From Bryobacterales bacterium (lineage in GTDB: Bacteria > Acidobacteriota > Terriglobia > Bryobacterales > UBA6623), in contig OZ241376.1 in NCBI GenBank assembly GCA_965200705.1, positions 3,691,810-3,755,809 of the forward strand: DNA of 64,000 nucleotides, written 5' to 3'. The notes below the pieces were generated by a model. It worked only from the letters and a program-made list of their open reading frames with translations. It was not told where the DNA came from and ran no database searches. Both the position numbers and the translations under genes were made by a program. Positions 11,753 to 21,947 of this stretch are shown here, piece by piece (the stretch's first letter is position 1; each line of letters opens with the position of its first letter).

Positions 11753-12975
11753 GCGAGGCCAGCGGATCATTCGAGAAGCCTCGCTGCCCCGGGTTCCTTC
11801 TGGGAGCCCGGGGCTTTCTGTTGCTGTCCGTCTCCGTCGCGGCCGTCGGCCAGGACACGCTTAACGAGCCGCAGTCCCGCGTCTTTCGTGCCGCCGAAGC
11901 GGCGTTCGCCAGTGCGCGCTACGACGACGCCGCGGCTGGATATGCGGAGCTCGCCACGTCGCTGCCGAACGCAGCGGAGGTCCATGCCAAGCTGGGCCTG
12001 AGCTACTTCCTCGGCCGTAAGTGCGGCCGGTCCGCTCCGGCGTTTCAGCGTGCCTTGGCGCTGCGGCCGGACTTGAAGGCGGCTCGGGTGCTGCTAGCGA
12101 TCTGCCTGTCCGAACTTGGCCGTTACGCCGAGGCGTTGCCTGGACTCGAAGAGGGCTACGCCAATCCGCCCAACTACGAGGGCGTCAAGCGTCTGGCTGG
12201 ACTGGAGCTTGTGCGGAGCTACTTGGGCCTGCAGCGTCACGCCGAGGCCGTCAAGGTCACCGCCGAGCTCCAGATCGCTCATCCGGACGACCCCGAGATC
12301 CTGTTCCACGCGAACCGTACATACCGCGAAGTCGCCGTCCAGGCCGCGTTCGAAATCGCGCGGGTCGCACCCGACTCCGTGTGGGGCCACCAGGCCATGG
12401 GAGAGGCCTACGAGAGCCGCCAGTACTACGACTTGGCGATTATGGAGTACCGCAAGGCTTTGGAGAAGGAGCCGGACCGCCCTGGCCTTCGCTTCCGGCT
12501 TGGCGAAGCCATGTTGGCCAAGGAGCCCGACCCGGGAGAGGCTTCGGAGGCGCTGGAGCAGTTTCAGTTGGAGCTGGCCGCCAATCCAAGCCACGCAACC
12601 GCGGCGCTGCGGATCGGTCAGATCCGCGAAGCACGTTCGGGTCCAGAGGCATCGCTGGAGTACTACGAGAGCGCCGTGCGCATGCGCCCGGACTTTGCCG
12701 GGGCAAGAATGGCGCTGGGCAAGGCGCTGCTGGAGCTCGACCGGGTCACGGAGGCGACAAGCCACCTTGAGGCCGCGGCCGAGGGAAATCCCACGGATGC
12801 AAGCATCCGTTATCAGTTGGCGCGTGCCTACCGCTTGGCCGGCGACAGGGAAGCACAGCAGCGGGAGCTGGCCGAGTACAGACGCCTGCAGTCGGAACGC
12901 CGGGAACTCGACCAACGGATTCTGCTCGGGTCCCCCCAGGAGCTAGGGGCTAGCCAACCCGAGGCGTCGCCGTAG
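11749..12975 (+). CDS. Exported tetratricopeptide-repeat protein
   Basis: Hydrophobic leader LLLSVSVAAVGQ and TPR repeats (AEVHAKLGLSYF, FAGARMALGKALL, IRYQLARAY). Start uncertain. Confidence 0.88.
   Translation: MSEASGSFEKPRCPGFLLGARGFLLLSVSVAAVGQDTLNEPQSRVFRAAEAAFASARYDDAAAGYAELATSLPNAAEVHAKLGLSYFLGRKCGRSAPAFQRALALRPDLKAARVLLAICLSELGRYAEALPGLEEGYANPPNYEGVKRLAGLELVRSYLGLQRHAEAVKVTAELQIAHPDDPEILFHANRTYREVAVQAAFEIARVAPDSVWGHQAMGEAYESRQYYDLAIMEYRKALEKEPDRPGLRFRLGEAMLAKEPDPGEASEALEQFQLELAANPSHATAALRIGQIREARSGPEASLEYYESAVRMRPDFAGARMALGKALLELDRVTEATSHLEAAAEGNPTDASIRYQLARAYRLAGDREAQQRELAEYRRLQSERRELDQRILLGSPQELGASQPEASP
11786..11823 (+). terminator. Probable intrinsic terminator after the TonB receptor
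   Basis: Hairpin GCCCCGGGTTCC-loop-GGAGCCCGGGGC followed by TTTCTGTTG. It overlaps the nominal 5' end of the next ORF, so that start is probably further downstream. Confidence 0.55.
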
Positions 12976-13033
12976 GTCGAAGCGGAGCGCTGCGGACCAC
13001 CGGCCGCCCTCTTGGGCTGGCACACAGCGGGGG

Positions 13034-14005
13034 TCAGAAGGTCTCGACTTCGGAGCGGGCCCTTAGTTCACGAAACCTTCGCACCGCTTCGGCGGCCAAC
13101 AGATGGTTGCCCGTCTTGCGATGGATGCGTGCCAGCGCGTAGTGCGGACGGTGGTCCTCCGGGGCCAGCGCGGCAGCCCTCGTCAGTTCGCGGATCGCGG
13201 CCTCGTTCGAGGAACGTCTCTCCAGAATGAGGCCGAGCCAGTAGTGCGCCCGAGAGGATGTCTCGTCATAGCTCAGGGCCTCTCGCAGGTGCTGCTCGGC
13301 TTGGTCCAGCTTGGACTGTCGGTACAGCAACGTGCCGAGCAGCAGGGGTGGAGTGGCGGACACCTGCTCGTTCTTGCGATTGAGATCGTTGGCTTCCGCG
13401 TAATGGACCGCGGCCAGTTCGACCCGCCCCAGAGCTTCATAGCTGCGGCCGAGGAAGCTCTGGCCGTCCACGGAGTGGGGATCCAGTGAGACCGACCTTT
13501 CGAACAGGGTGGCGGCCCGTTCAAACCGCTTCGTGGTATATGCGTTCAGGCCTAGGTAGTAGTGGGCCATCGGGTCCTTGGGCGCCAGTCCGACCGAGAT
13601 TTCGAAGAACGTCTCGGCCAGTTCCTCGCGGCCCATCCTCACCAAGCACAGACCCAGGGCCTTGCTGGTATTGGGGTTCCGCTCATCAAGCCTGAAGCTG
13701 CGCTGCAGGTCGACCAGCGCCTGATCGTACCGCTCCTCCCGGTAGAGGATCAGACCGCGGAGCAGCAGGTTGCGCGATGTTTCGCCATCGGCTTCGATCT
13801 GGCTCCGAAGCGCTGCTTGGGCCTCCATCAGATTCCCTGCGTCGATGAGGCTCTCGACACTCGCGGAGGGCGGAGGAGGCTGCGCTGACGCCACAGCCGA
13901 AAGGGCTGGGGCGGCCACGACGAACAAGCGGATGAGTACTCGCCACGTCGTGCGGCAAGGATTGCGTATAGCTCGAACCCCGGGACATCCCGGCCCCACG
14001 GTCAT
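13034..14005 (-). CDS. Exported tetratricopeptide-repeat protein
   Basis: Signal-like LFVVAAPALSAVASAQ and TPR repeats (AHYYLGLNAY, AHYWLGLIL, PHYALARIH). True start may be later. Confidence 0.87.
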   Translation of the reverse strand: MTVGPGCPGVRAIRNPCRTTWRVLIRLFVVAAPALSAVASAQPPPPSASVESLIDAGNLMEAQAALRSQIEADGETSRNLLLRGLILYREERYDQALVDLQRSFRLDERNPNTSKALGLCLVRMGREELAETFFEISVGLAPKDPMAHYYLGLNAYTTKRFERAATLFERSVSLDPHSVDGQSFLGRSYEALGRVELAAVHYAEANDLNRKNEQVSATPPLLLGTLLYRQSKLDQAEQHLREALSYDETSSRAHYWLGLILERRSSNEAAIRELTRAAALAPEDHRPHYALARIHRKTGNHLLAAEAVRRFRELRARSEVETF

Positions 14006-14153
14006 TGAGCAGCCTTCATTGCGACAGGCACAACAGCGGAATGGAAGCTCAGTTTATGACAAGCGGCTGCGGCTCCACCGCCACGTCGGGCGAATACGGG
14101 TCGTACCCGCGAAATCTTGCGAGAGGCTCTAGGCGAGGCGTCGGTCGGACACC

Positions 14154-14187
14154 AATAAGAAAGCCCTCGCCCCGAAGGGCGAGGGCT
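14154..14187 (-). terminator. Rho-independent terminator of the TonB receptor gene 14210..17617
   Basis: Minus strand reads AGCCCTCGCCC-TTCG-GGGCGAGGGCT then TTCTTATT: 11-bp perfect stem, UUCG tetraloop, U-rich tail. Confidence 0.85.
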
Positions 14188-14209
14188 GGAGATGTCGCGG
14201 AAGAACCGC

Positions 14210-17200
14210 CTAGAACATGAACCGCAGCGCGAACTGGAAGTTGCGGTTCAGCCCGCCGCGTGTGCCGTTGATCTGGCCAAAGCCGCCGCTTCCGTGGTTG
14301 GCGTTCGGCCGGTTGAACTGCGGTGTGTTGGTCAGATTGAACGACTCGATGCGGAACTGCACCTTGGCGCTCTCCGTGATCGGGAAGTCCTTGAAGAGGG
14401 ACAGGTCCAGCGTGTTGGTCGGCGGTCCGATGTTGCTGTAGTTGCCGAGCGTACCGAACGTGCCCGGCGCCGGATCCTGGAAGGCCGAGGTGTCGAACCA
14501 CTCCTCCGGAGTGCGTCCGCCCGAGGGCGCGCCGTTCGGGTCCCTCCCGGAGACTGGATCCGGGCGGCGCGTGCCGCTGCAGGAGCAGATGGCGCGGTTG
14601 GTGCCGACGTTGAAGTAGTTGCCCGTCTGCAGGGTCAGGATGCCGTTGAGCTGCCAGCCGCCAAGAACGACATTGGCGCCACCGGACGTGAATGGCGACG
14701 GCAGGTGCCAAGTGCCACTGAGCACGAACCGATGCCGCACGTCGAAGCTCGCGTGCGCGTACTCCAGGGACTGATGCGGCGTGCGGTTGCCGGGGCCGCC
14801 CGATAGCGTTGTTCCCGTGTCGGCCAGCGCGTGGCCCCACGTGTATGCCGCAAGGAATCCGATTCCGTCTGAGAAGCGCTTGTCGAGCTTGGCCGTGAGC
14901 GCGTTGTACGTCGACCGGCCGTTGCTGTTCGTGAACGAGATGCCGGAGTCGACAAACTTAAACGGACGGCGCGGCAGGGTGGGCTGATTCGGGCGTGGAT
15001 CGTTCACCAGCGCATTGCCGTTGTAGTTGTCGGTCAGCCGGTTGCCCTTGGAGCCGATATAGGCGACTTCGAGCACGGAGTTCCATCCGAGGTCCCGCTG
15101 GATGTTGAAGTTCCACTTGTTGACCAGCGGCCAGCGGCGCTGCGTGTACACAGAGCGGAACGAGATCGGAGCGGGAAGCGTGAAGGCGTTGACCGGGAAT
15201 CCGTCCGAGAACCTGTTCACGTACGGGTTCCGGTCCGACTCCCTGACCTTGAGGAAGCGCGTCTCTTGGTTGAAGGGCACGTTCTCGCCGCGGTTCGGGT
15301 TGCCTCCCTCGTTCTCCTCGGCGCCGTAGAAGATGCCGTATCCGGCACGGATCACCGTTCCGGGCATGACCTCGTAGGCGAAGCCGATGCGGGGGGCCAG
15401 GTTGGTGCGGTCCCACTCGGTCAGGTAGGTGGAGGCAACGCCTCGCTCGATCGCGATCGACGGGTAGTCCGTCGCGAAGTTCGGCGGCAGGGGAGCTTCC
15501 TGATCCTTGCCCTTCGGGATAACGAGCGTCGGCGTGCTGTGGTCGGTGCCGAAGACATCGAGGTGCGCTTGGCGACCGAACTTCTCGCCGATCGGCGTCG
15601 TGACCTCATACCGCAGGCCGATGTTGACGGTGAGCTTCGAGCTGACCTTCCAGTCGTCCTGGATGAAGAAGGAGTAGGCGTCCTTGAACGAGGAGATGAA
15701 GTTCGCGGTCGTGATCCGCGCCCGGGTGACGTCCCCGAGCAGCCACGCGGCCATGCCGTCGCCGGTGTCCGGGATGCCGATCTGGCTGTTCTCCTCGGTC
15801 CAGAACCGCATCCTGCCGCGCGGAGAGGGGACCTGGAAGAACGGGAACCCGATTGGCCGGTACTCTGCACCGAACTTGATCGCGTGCGAGCCCTTGTTCC
15901 AGGAGACGTTCTGGATGAAGTCCCAGACGTTGCTGTACTCCTGCGTCGGCAGCCACTCCGAGCCCCCGACCGTGCTGTAGCCGCTCGGTTCTAGGCGCAT
16001 CAGGCCGCCGTTGTTGGTGGTGAACGGGTTGAGGCCGCCGAATCCAAGCTCGCTGAAGGAGTCGCTGTCGGCGTTGCTCTGCACGCGCGTGGTGACCAAG
16101 CGCGTGTAGGCGATGCGGGACTCGGTGATCAGGGACGGCGACCAGATCTTCGTGTAGCTCATCATGGCCGCGCGGCTGAGGTTCTCCTCCGTCTCGCCGA
16201 GGAATCCGCCCGCGTCGAGGTGCCCTGGCAGGGGCGGCGACTGGAACTTGCTCTCGTCGATCCAGCTCAGGCTGCCGAACAGGCTGTCGTTGTCTGAGAT
16301 GCGGTGGTCGACCCGTACGTCCCACTGGTGCACGTCGCGCGTCGCGGAGCGCGTCGTGAAGAAGTTCCCTCCGGGACGGGTTCCGGCAGCCGTCAGGTTC
16401 TGGTTCTCGTCCGGGTACTGGCTGATGAGCGAGGAGGCGATGGGGTCGAAACTGCTCATCGGAATCCGGTTGTTCGGGAAGGGATCGCGCACGAAGATGT
16501 TGTCGCCGACCTCGCGCTGCGTCGTCCGGTCGAAGAGTTGGCCGCGCTGGATGGCCATCCCGGTTGCGTCGGTCCCGACGATGTCGCCAGCATTCAGGAT
16601 TCGCGAGAAGTCGCCGCCGGCCATGCCGGGCGCGGGCACGGTGAGCGTACTCGCCAGGCTGCCGTCGCGAATCAGCGTGCCTTGGTAGTCCGCGAACCAG
16701 AAGGTCCGGTTGCGGGCGATCGGACCGCCCACCGCCGCGCCGAACTGGTTCTGCTTGTACGGCTGCCGAGGTTTGCGGTTGCGGTTCAGCTCCCAAGGGT
16801 TGGCGTTGAGCTTCGTGTTCTGCAGGAACTCGAACAGCGTGCCGTGGATGTCGTTCGTGCCGGACTTGATGGTGACGTTGACCACGCCGCCCGCCGCGCG
16901 CCCGTACTCGGCGTTGTATCCGTTCGTGAGGATCTGCATCTCGCCGATCGCCTCGACCGACGGGCCGACCACGTACGCGGTCTGGTTGATGAAGTCGATC
17001 ACGTTGACGTTGTTGTCGACGCCGTTGAGCAGGAAGTTGTTCTGCCCGTTCGAGCGCACGCCGTTGGCCGAGAATCCACCGCCGGCCGCGTCACGCGCAC
17101 CCGGCTCGGCCGGCACGACCGCCGGGACCGTGCGGGCCAGGAACGCGAAGCGCCGCTGGCCGCCGAGCGGGAGTTCGCTGGTCTGGCGGTTCTCGAGCGT

Positions 17201-17617
17201 GCCACCCATCTGGGTGGTCTCGGTCTGCAGTGCGGGCGGTGCTGCCGAAACCTCGATAGTCTCGGTGACCTCACCGATCTCCAGGATGAAGTTCGTCTGG
17301 ACGCGACCTGACGACTGCAGGATCACGCCGGTCTGGACCGACCGCTTGAAGCCGGCCGACTCGCAGGCGATCGTGTAGATCCCTGGCTTGATGAGCGGCC
17401 GGATGAAGTTGCCCGCTGCATCCGACTCGACGATGTCCTCGACGCCGGTCGATTCCTCGGTGATCGAGATCGTGGCGCCCGGAATGGCGGCGCCGGACGG
17501 ATCCGTGACGACGCCAAGGATGGTGCCCATGTCTCGCTGGGCAAATGCCACGCTGGTGCAGGTGATGGCCAGCAGGACCGCCAGCCCCAGGGATACCCCC
17601 GTCTTCTTAGTAAGCAA
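14210..17617 (-). CDS. TonB-dependent receptor (carboxypeptidase-regulatory-domain type), intact
   Basis: 1135 aa with signal peptide, GVVTDPSGAAIPGA, FSANGVRSNGQNNFLLNGVDN, IKSGTNDIHG, QDDWKVSSKLTVNIGLRYE and terminal FALRFMF. Confidence 0.96.
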   Translation of the reverse strand: MLTKKTGVSLGLAVLLAITCTSVAFAQRDMGTILGVVTDPSGAAIPGATISITEESTGVEDIVESDAAGNFIRPLIKPGIYTIACESAGFKRSVQTGVILQSSGRVQTNFILEIGEVTETIEVSAAPPALQTETTQMGGTLENRQTSELPLGGQRRFAFLARTVPAVVPAEPGARDAAGGGFSANGVRSNGQNNFLLNGVDNNVNVIDFINQTAYVVGPSVEAIGEMQILTNGYNAEYGRAAGGVVNVTIKSGTNDIHGTLFEFLQNTKLNANPWELNRNRKPRQPYKQNQFGAAVGGPIARNRTFWFADYQGTLIRDGSLASTLTVPAPGMAGGDFSRILNAGDIVGTDATGMAIQRGQLFDRTTQREVGDNIFVRDPFPNNRIPMSSFDPIASSLISQYPDENQNLTAAGTRPGGNFFTTRSATRDVHQWDVRVDHRISDNDSLFGSLSWIDESKFQSPPLPGHLDAGGFLGETEENLSRAAMMSYTKIWSPSLITESRIAYTRLVTTRVQSNADSDSFSELGFGGLNPFTTNNGGLMRLEPSGYSTVGGSEWLPTQEYSNVWDFIQNVSWNKGSHAIKFGAEYRPIGFPFFQVPSPRGRMRFWTEENSQIGIPDTGDGMAAWLLGDVTRARITTANFISSFKDAYSFFIQDDWKVSSKLTVNIGLRYEVTTPIGEKFGRQAHLDVFGTDHSTPTLVIPKGKDQEAPLPPNFATDYPSIAIERGVASTYLTEWDRTNLAPRIGFAYEVMPGTVIRAGYGIFYGAEENEGGNPNRGENVPFNQETRFLKVRESDRNPYVNRFSDGFPVNAFTLPAPISFRSVYTQRRWPLVNKWNFNIQRDLGWNSVLEVAYIGSKGNRLTDNYNGNALVNDPRPNQPTLPRRPFKFVDSGISFTNSNGRSTYNALTAKLDKRFSDGIGFLAAYTWGHALADTGTTLSGGPGNRTPHQSLEYAHASFDVRHRFVLSGTWHLPSPFTSGGANVVLGGWQLNGILTLQTGNYFNVGTNRAICSCSGTRRPDPVSGRDPNGAPSGGRTPEEWFDTSAFQDPAPGTFGTLGNYSNIGPPTNTLDLSLFKDFPITESAKVQFRIESFNLTNTPQFNRPNANHGSGGFGQINGTRGGLNRNFQFALRFMF

Positions 17618-17702
17618 TGTGTTCCCCCTTTGGGCGTATGGCCCGTTTCAGTTCGTCTAAAAAGGCTGAGTCGCTACTGCCTCTCGCCCTGTGTACCACC
17701 GT

Positions 17703-17730
17703 ATAGTAACGGTTCGTCCGGTCGACGCAA
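17703..17730 (-). promoter_or_regulatory. Possible sigma70 promoter for 14210..17617
   Basis: Minus strand TTGCGT-N16-TACTAT, ~90 bp upstream of the TTG start. Confidence 0.4.
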
Positions 17731-17830
17731 GCATTTGGGGCCTGCCCGGAGGCTTGTGCGTCGGCAGTGCGTCCGTATCCCACCGATGACGCTCTGGCGG
17801 TTGGGCGTCGATCGATCGTGGCGCTGCCGC

Positions 17831-19216
17831 TCAGGAAGCAGTTGCTGCGCGGCGTGTTGCCTGAACGCTTGCCCCGTCCGAATCATCGGCGATCTGCGGC
17901 GGCCGTGTCTCCGCGCCGATGAGCTCGGTCCTAGTCAAGGTCCTAGGACCGCCATCCACTTGTGAGAGGTCGGGCATCTTCTTGTCGTGTGCGGCCGCTC
18001 CAAGATCCTTCAAGGCACGAACCTTCGGCACGAACATGGATTCGAGCGACCCAACCGTTTCGTTGTAACGCTTCACGGTTGCCCCGAGGTTCTTACCCAA
18101 TTTGCCGACGTGGTCTCCGAGCATCGCGAACCGCTCGTATAGCTCGGTGCCCACCTTGGCCATCTGCTTGGCGTTTTCCGCTAGGCGTTCCTGTCGTCGG
18201 CCGTACAGGACTGACTTCAGCAAGGCTATGAGCGTAGTCGGGGTCGTGATGAGGACGTTCTTCCGGAGGGCGTCCTCGAACAGTTCGGGTTTGACACGGG
18301 CAGCTGCGTCGTAGAGGGCTTCACTGGGCACGAACATCACCACAAAGTCTGGTGCGCTCTCGAACTGCTTCCAGTAGGCCTTGGCGGAGAGGTCGCGGAT
18401 GTGCTTGCTGAATTGCCGCGCGTGCCTTTCCAGAGCCTCTCGCCTTGCGGACTCGTCTTTGGCCGCTGTGACCTCCAGATAGGCATCGAGCGGCGTCTTG
18501 GAGTCGATAACGACGGACTTGTCGCTCGGGAGATGAACGATGACGTCGGGCCTGAGCAATCCTCCGCTGGTCCGGCTGGATTCCTGCGGCACGAAGTCGA
18601 CCTTCTCCGTCATGCCTGCGATTTCCAGTACTCGTTGCAGCTGATACTCGCCCCATCGGCCCCTGGTCTCGGGTCGCCGCAGCGCAGTTCCGAGGGTCTC
18701 CGTCTCCTTGCGAAGAGCCTCGTTCTGTATCTGCAGGCCCTGCACCTGTTGCGTCAGGGCACCGTAGGCCTCGCGTTGCTTGCTCTCCAGCCTCCCGACG
18801 CTCGTCCTGAAGGCCTTGAGGCTCGTTGCGATTGGATCCGACAGCGACTTGAACTGTCCAACCGCCAGTTCGCTCTTGGCATCCAGTTGCGCGTTGGCCC
18901 GCTTGAGCAGCGCATCGTTGCTCTGGTTCAGGACCCTCGTGGCGGCTGCCACAAACCTCTTGTCAATCTCGTCAAGCCGATCCGCATGGTTCCTCTGCTC
19001 GGCCAGGAGAGTCGCGCGGACGGCGGCTGTTTCCTTCTCAGACTCCCGTCTGGCTCGCTGTGCGCTCGCTAGTCGCTGTTCGGCGTGGTCGGCACGCTGC
19101 TCTGCTCTGCGTACCCCCGACCACGCCATGAAGGCGATAGCGAGGCAAGAGAGTGCAAACAATAGGGATGCGAGAACGACGGGTCCAATAGCTTCCAAGG
19201 GAACGTTCAATCCCAA
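17831..19216 (-). CDS. rmuC: DNA recombination protein RmuC
   Basis: N-terminal TM helix and coiled coil; RGRWGEYQLQRVLE, RPDVIVHLP, VIDSKTPL, PDFVVMFVPSEA, TPTTLIALL. Confidence 0.95.
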   Translation of the reverse strand: MGLNVPLEAIGPVVLASLLFALSCLAIAFMAWSGVRRAEQRADHAEQRLASAQRARRESEKETAAVRATLLAEQRNHADRLDEIDKRFVAAATRVLNQSNDALLKRANAQLDAKSELAVGQFKSLSDPIATSLKAFRTSVGRLESKQREAYGALTQQVQGLQIQNEALRKETETLGTALRRPETRGRWGEYQLQRVLEIAGMTEKVDFVPQESSRTSGGLLRPDVIVHLPSDKSVVIDSKTPLDAYLEVTAAKDESARREALERHARQFSKHIRDLSAKAYWKQFESAPDFVVMFVPSEALYDAAARVKPELFEDALRKNVLITTPTTLIALLKSVLYGRRQERLAENAKQMAKVGTELYERFAMLGDHVGKLGKNLGATVKRYNETVGSLESMFVPKVRALKDLGAAAHDKKMPDLSQVDGGPRTLTRTELIGAETRPPQIADDSDGASVQATRRAATAS

Positions 19217-19492
19217 AATCTTGCTTCAGTGTACCGGTTGCTGGATAGCAGAATCTGAAATTACATTGGCACAGTCAGCAATCTGTTATGAGGATGCAAT
19301 CGTGGAGTGCCGCGCCGGGGCCGACTCGCAGTGTCTCGGCCCCCGTAATGCACTAGACGATACAGTTGCTGAGGTCTCCCGAGCCTGGTCGCAATACCGT
19401 GCTTGGCGAGAGGCCTGCCCTAGGCCCGCTTGCGCGGCCTCTGTGCTGTACTACGCCACGTTGCACCTTGCAGCGAGGTGGAGGGAGGACAG

Positions 19493-20512
19493 ATGCGGCG
19501 TCGAGACGATCAACTTAGGGGCGAGACCGGTCGACGGGAGCTGCTCGCATGGTCGGCTGCCTTCGGGCCTGCTTTCCTGGCACGGCAGGGGCTCGCGGCG
19601 CGGCCCGCGGTCGCACCCCAGATGGCCGCGGCCGTGGAGCCGGTGGTGGGCATGAAGAAGTCCATCAACTTTTGGGCGTTCCCGTACCCGGACAAGTGGA
19701 CCTTGCGAGAGTGTCTCCAGATCGCCAAGGATGCGGGGTTCGACGCCGTGGAGCCTAACTTCGACCTCGAGGGCGAGTTCTCGGCCGAGTCGTCCGACGA
19801 CGAGATCCGCGCTATCCGTGCACTGGCGGACGAGATCGGCATCGAGATCAGTGGCGTCTGCTCGTTCCTCTTCTGGCCCTACTCCATGACGCATCCTGAT
19901 CAGGACCGGCGGGCACGCGGGTTGGAACTCGCTGGCAGGATGGCCGAGGCGGCCGCGTTGCTCGGCACAGACAACCTGCTCGTTGTCCCCGGTGCTGTCT
20001 ACGCGCCGTGGCTGGAGGATCCAGTACCGGTTCCGAACGATGTCTGCGAACGCTTGGCAACGGAGGCGGTGCGCGAGCTAATACCTAGGGCCGAACGGCT
20101 GGGCGTGACGATCAACATCGAGAACATCTTTGCCAATGGGTTCCTCTTCAGCCCGCAGGAGATGGCAGCGTTCGTGGATGGGTTCGAGAGCGACACCGTC
20201 AAGGTGCACTTCGACACGGGGAACATCATGCAGTACCAGTTCCCCGAGCACTGGATCCCCGTCCTTGGCAGGCGCATCAAGAACGTCCACCTGAAGGAGT
20301 GGGACAAGCGGACCCACGAGTTCAATCTGCATACCTTCCGCACCCTGCTCGACGGCACCACCAACTGGCCCGCCGTGATCAGCGAGCTGCAGCGCATCGA
20401 ATACAACGGGTACCTGACGTTTGAGTACTTTCACCCGTTCGACCACTATCCCGAGGCGCTCATCTACCAGACCTCCGACGCGCTCGACAGGATCCTCGGA
20501 CGCAAGGGCTGA
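19493..20512 (+). CDS. Sugar phosphate isomerase/epimerase family (AP endonuclease 2 TIM barrel), Tat signal
   Basis: GGAGG RBS before ATG 19493; GRRELLAW leader; AGFDAVE, INIENI, HFDTGN, VHLKEW, GYLTFE metal-ligand pattern. Confidence 0.88.
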   Translation: MRRRDDQLRGETGRRELLAWSAAFGPAFLARQGLAARPAVAPQMAAAVEPVVGMKKSINFWAFPYPDKWTLRECLQIAKDAGFDAVEPNFDLEGEFSAESSDDEIRAIRALADEIGIEISGVCSFLFWPYSMTHPDQDRRARGLELAGRMAEAAALLGTDNLLVVPGAVYAPWLEDPVPVPNDVCERLATEAVRELIPRAERLGVTINIENIFANGFLFSPQEMAAFVDGFESDTVKVHFDTGNIMQYQFPEHWIPVLGRRIKNVHLKEWDKRTHEFNLHTFRTLLDGTTNWPAVISELQRIEYNGYLTFEYFHPFDHYPEALIYQTSDALDRILGRKG

Positions 20513-20581
20513 GCCCGGCTTCGCGGGCCGCTGACCGGGCCTCTCCAGCGCAGAGCGATTGCTAGGATACGAGCGGGCGTG

Positions 20582-20605
20582 GGGCGGCGAACCGGTTCGC
20601 CGCCC
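20582..20605. repeat. Perfect 24-bp palindrome just upstream of the 20614 start codon
   Basis: GGGCGGCGAACCGGTTCGCCGCCC is its own reverse complement. Confidence 0.85.
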
Positions 20606-20613
20606 AGAGCGCG

Positions 20614-21900
20614 ATGCCGAAGTACAGTCCCGCCATCCAGAGCCTGATTGATGATGGGCTCTTCGAGCGGCTGCCGGCGACCTTTTCGGTCTACTCCCTG
20701 GATCGCATCAAGGATTGGGACCGCCTGTTTCCGGCCGAGCAGGGGTACTTCGAGAGACTGTTCGGCCTGCTGGCGCGCTCAACGGAAGAATCCGTTGACG
20801 AGGTGTTCTCCCCCCTACGTGCCGTCGAGGCCAAGATGGGCGTCGGCGGCCGGATGTGGCGGGGCCAGAAGTTCACGCTCGAGCACGTGGACTTCCTGCA
20901 GCGCAACCGGCACCTGAAGGAATGGCGCGACGCTGTCGCCGGCGTGTTTGCACGGGTGGACCCACTGCTGGACATCGAGGTGGAGCGTTCGGGCACGCCC
21001 CGCCTGGTCGTGGTCGTCTCGCCCTCCGAGCTCCCCATGGGGCCGGACCGGATGTGGATGCGCGTGCGCGACAGGGGCCGCCTGATTCCGCTCGGCCTCG
21101 GGGAGGACGAGTCACTCGGTGACTACCTTCCTCGACTCCTGACTGGTGCACCGCGGGCTAGCCAGCGACCGAGCGTAGCCGATCTGTACGCTCAGCAGAG
21201 GGCCCAGCACTTCACCCAGACGTGGATTGTGGAGGCCGACGACCCGATCCTGCGCCTCGCGCAGAGCTTCGAGGGCTGGGTTGGGCTCAGCTACGAGCGG
21301 CTGGAGGAATTGCGTCGCGTTCTGATGCGTGAGGTCAACGACATGGTGACCAGCGACAAGATCCCCGGTCCGCGCCAGCTCGGGGAGCGTTTGCAGAAGA
21401 TGAACCCGGATGCGCTGCGCCGCGCCGCCGGGCGGAACTCGGTGATGCAGGACTTTCTGCACTCCGTGCTGCTCAACGGCAATGGCACCCTTCTGATCAA
21501 CAACACGTTCGTCGAGTGGACGTCCCTGCAGGCGATCCGCCGGGCGCGACCCGGCGTGTTGCTTTGCTCCTTTGGCATCCGCAACAAGGTAAAGCCGTTC
21601 AGCAGCCTGCTGATCTACTCGGACCAAGAGGAGACGAGTCCGATTCCGACCCAGTCCGACATGCTGGGCTCGTACGTGGACCTCGAGGTCTTCTACCAGT
21701 ACATCTGGCAGGAGTGCACCAAGTATGCCGAGTACCGCCGCAACACCGCGTACCTGTTCGTCGGTGTTGGGATGGACGCTCTGTTTGCGATCGGACCGCC
21801 GGACTTTCCGTTGCTGGCCTCTGACGGGCCATGGCAGCTGGAGGACGTGTTTCAGGGATGCGCTGACTGGCTGGGCATCGATCCGGACGCGGTCGCGTAG
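20614..21900 (+). CDS. Hypothetical protein, first gene of a putative TPR/CRTAC1 operon
   Basis: 428 aa with normal codon usage and globular composition; no signal peptide or family recognised. Confidence 0.85.
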   Translation: MPKYSPAIQSLIDDGLFERLPATFSVYSLDRIKDWDRLFPAEQGYFERLFGLLARSTEESVDEVFSPLRAVEAKMGVGGRMWRGQKFTLEHVDFLQRNRHLKEWRDAVAGVFARVDPLLDIEVERSGTPRLVVVVSPSELPMGPDRMWMRVRDRGRLIPLGLGEDESLGDYLPRLLTGAPRASQRPSVADLYAQQRAQHFTQTWIVEADDPILRLAQSFEGWVGLSYERLEELRRVLMREVNDMVTSDKIPGPRQLGERLQKMNPDALRRAAGRNSVMQDFLHSVLLNGNGTLLINNTFVEWTSLQAIRRARPGVLLCSFGIRNKVKPFSSLLIYSDQEETSPIPTQSDMLGSYVDLEVFYQYIWQECTKYAEYRRNTAYLFVGVGMDALFAIGPPDFPLLASDGPWQLEDVFQGCADWLGIDPDAVA

Positions 21901-21947
21901 CCTGCGGCAAGGGGTCGCTTCCGAGCGTCCCGTACTACTCTGGTCCC

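Noticed and set aside
19266-19282. TGGCAC...GC resembling a sigma54 promoter
   Set aside because: GG-to-GC spacing is 8 nt rather than the required 10.
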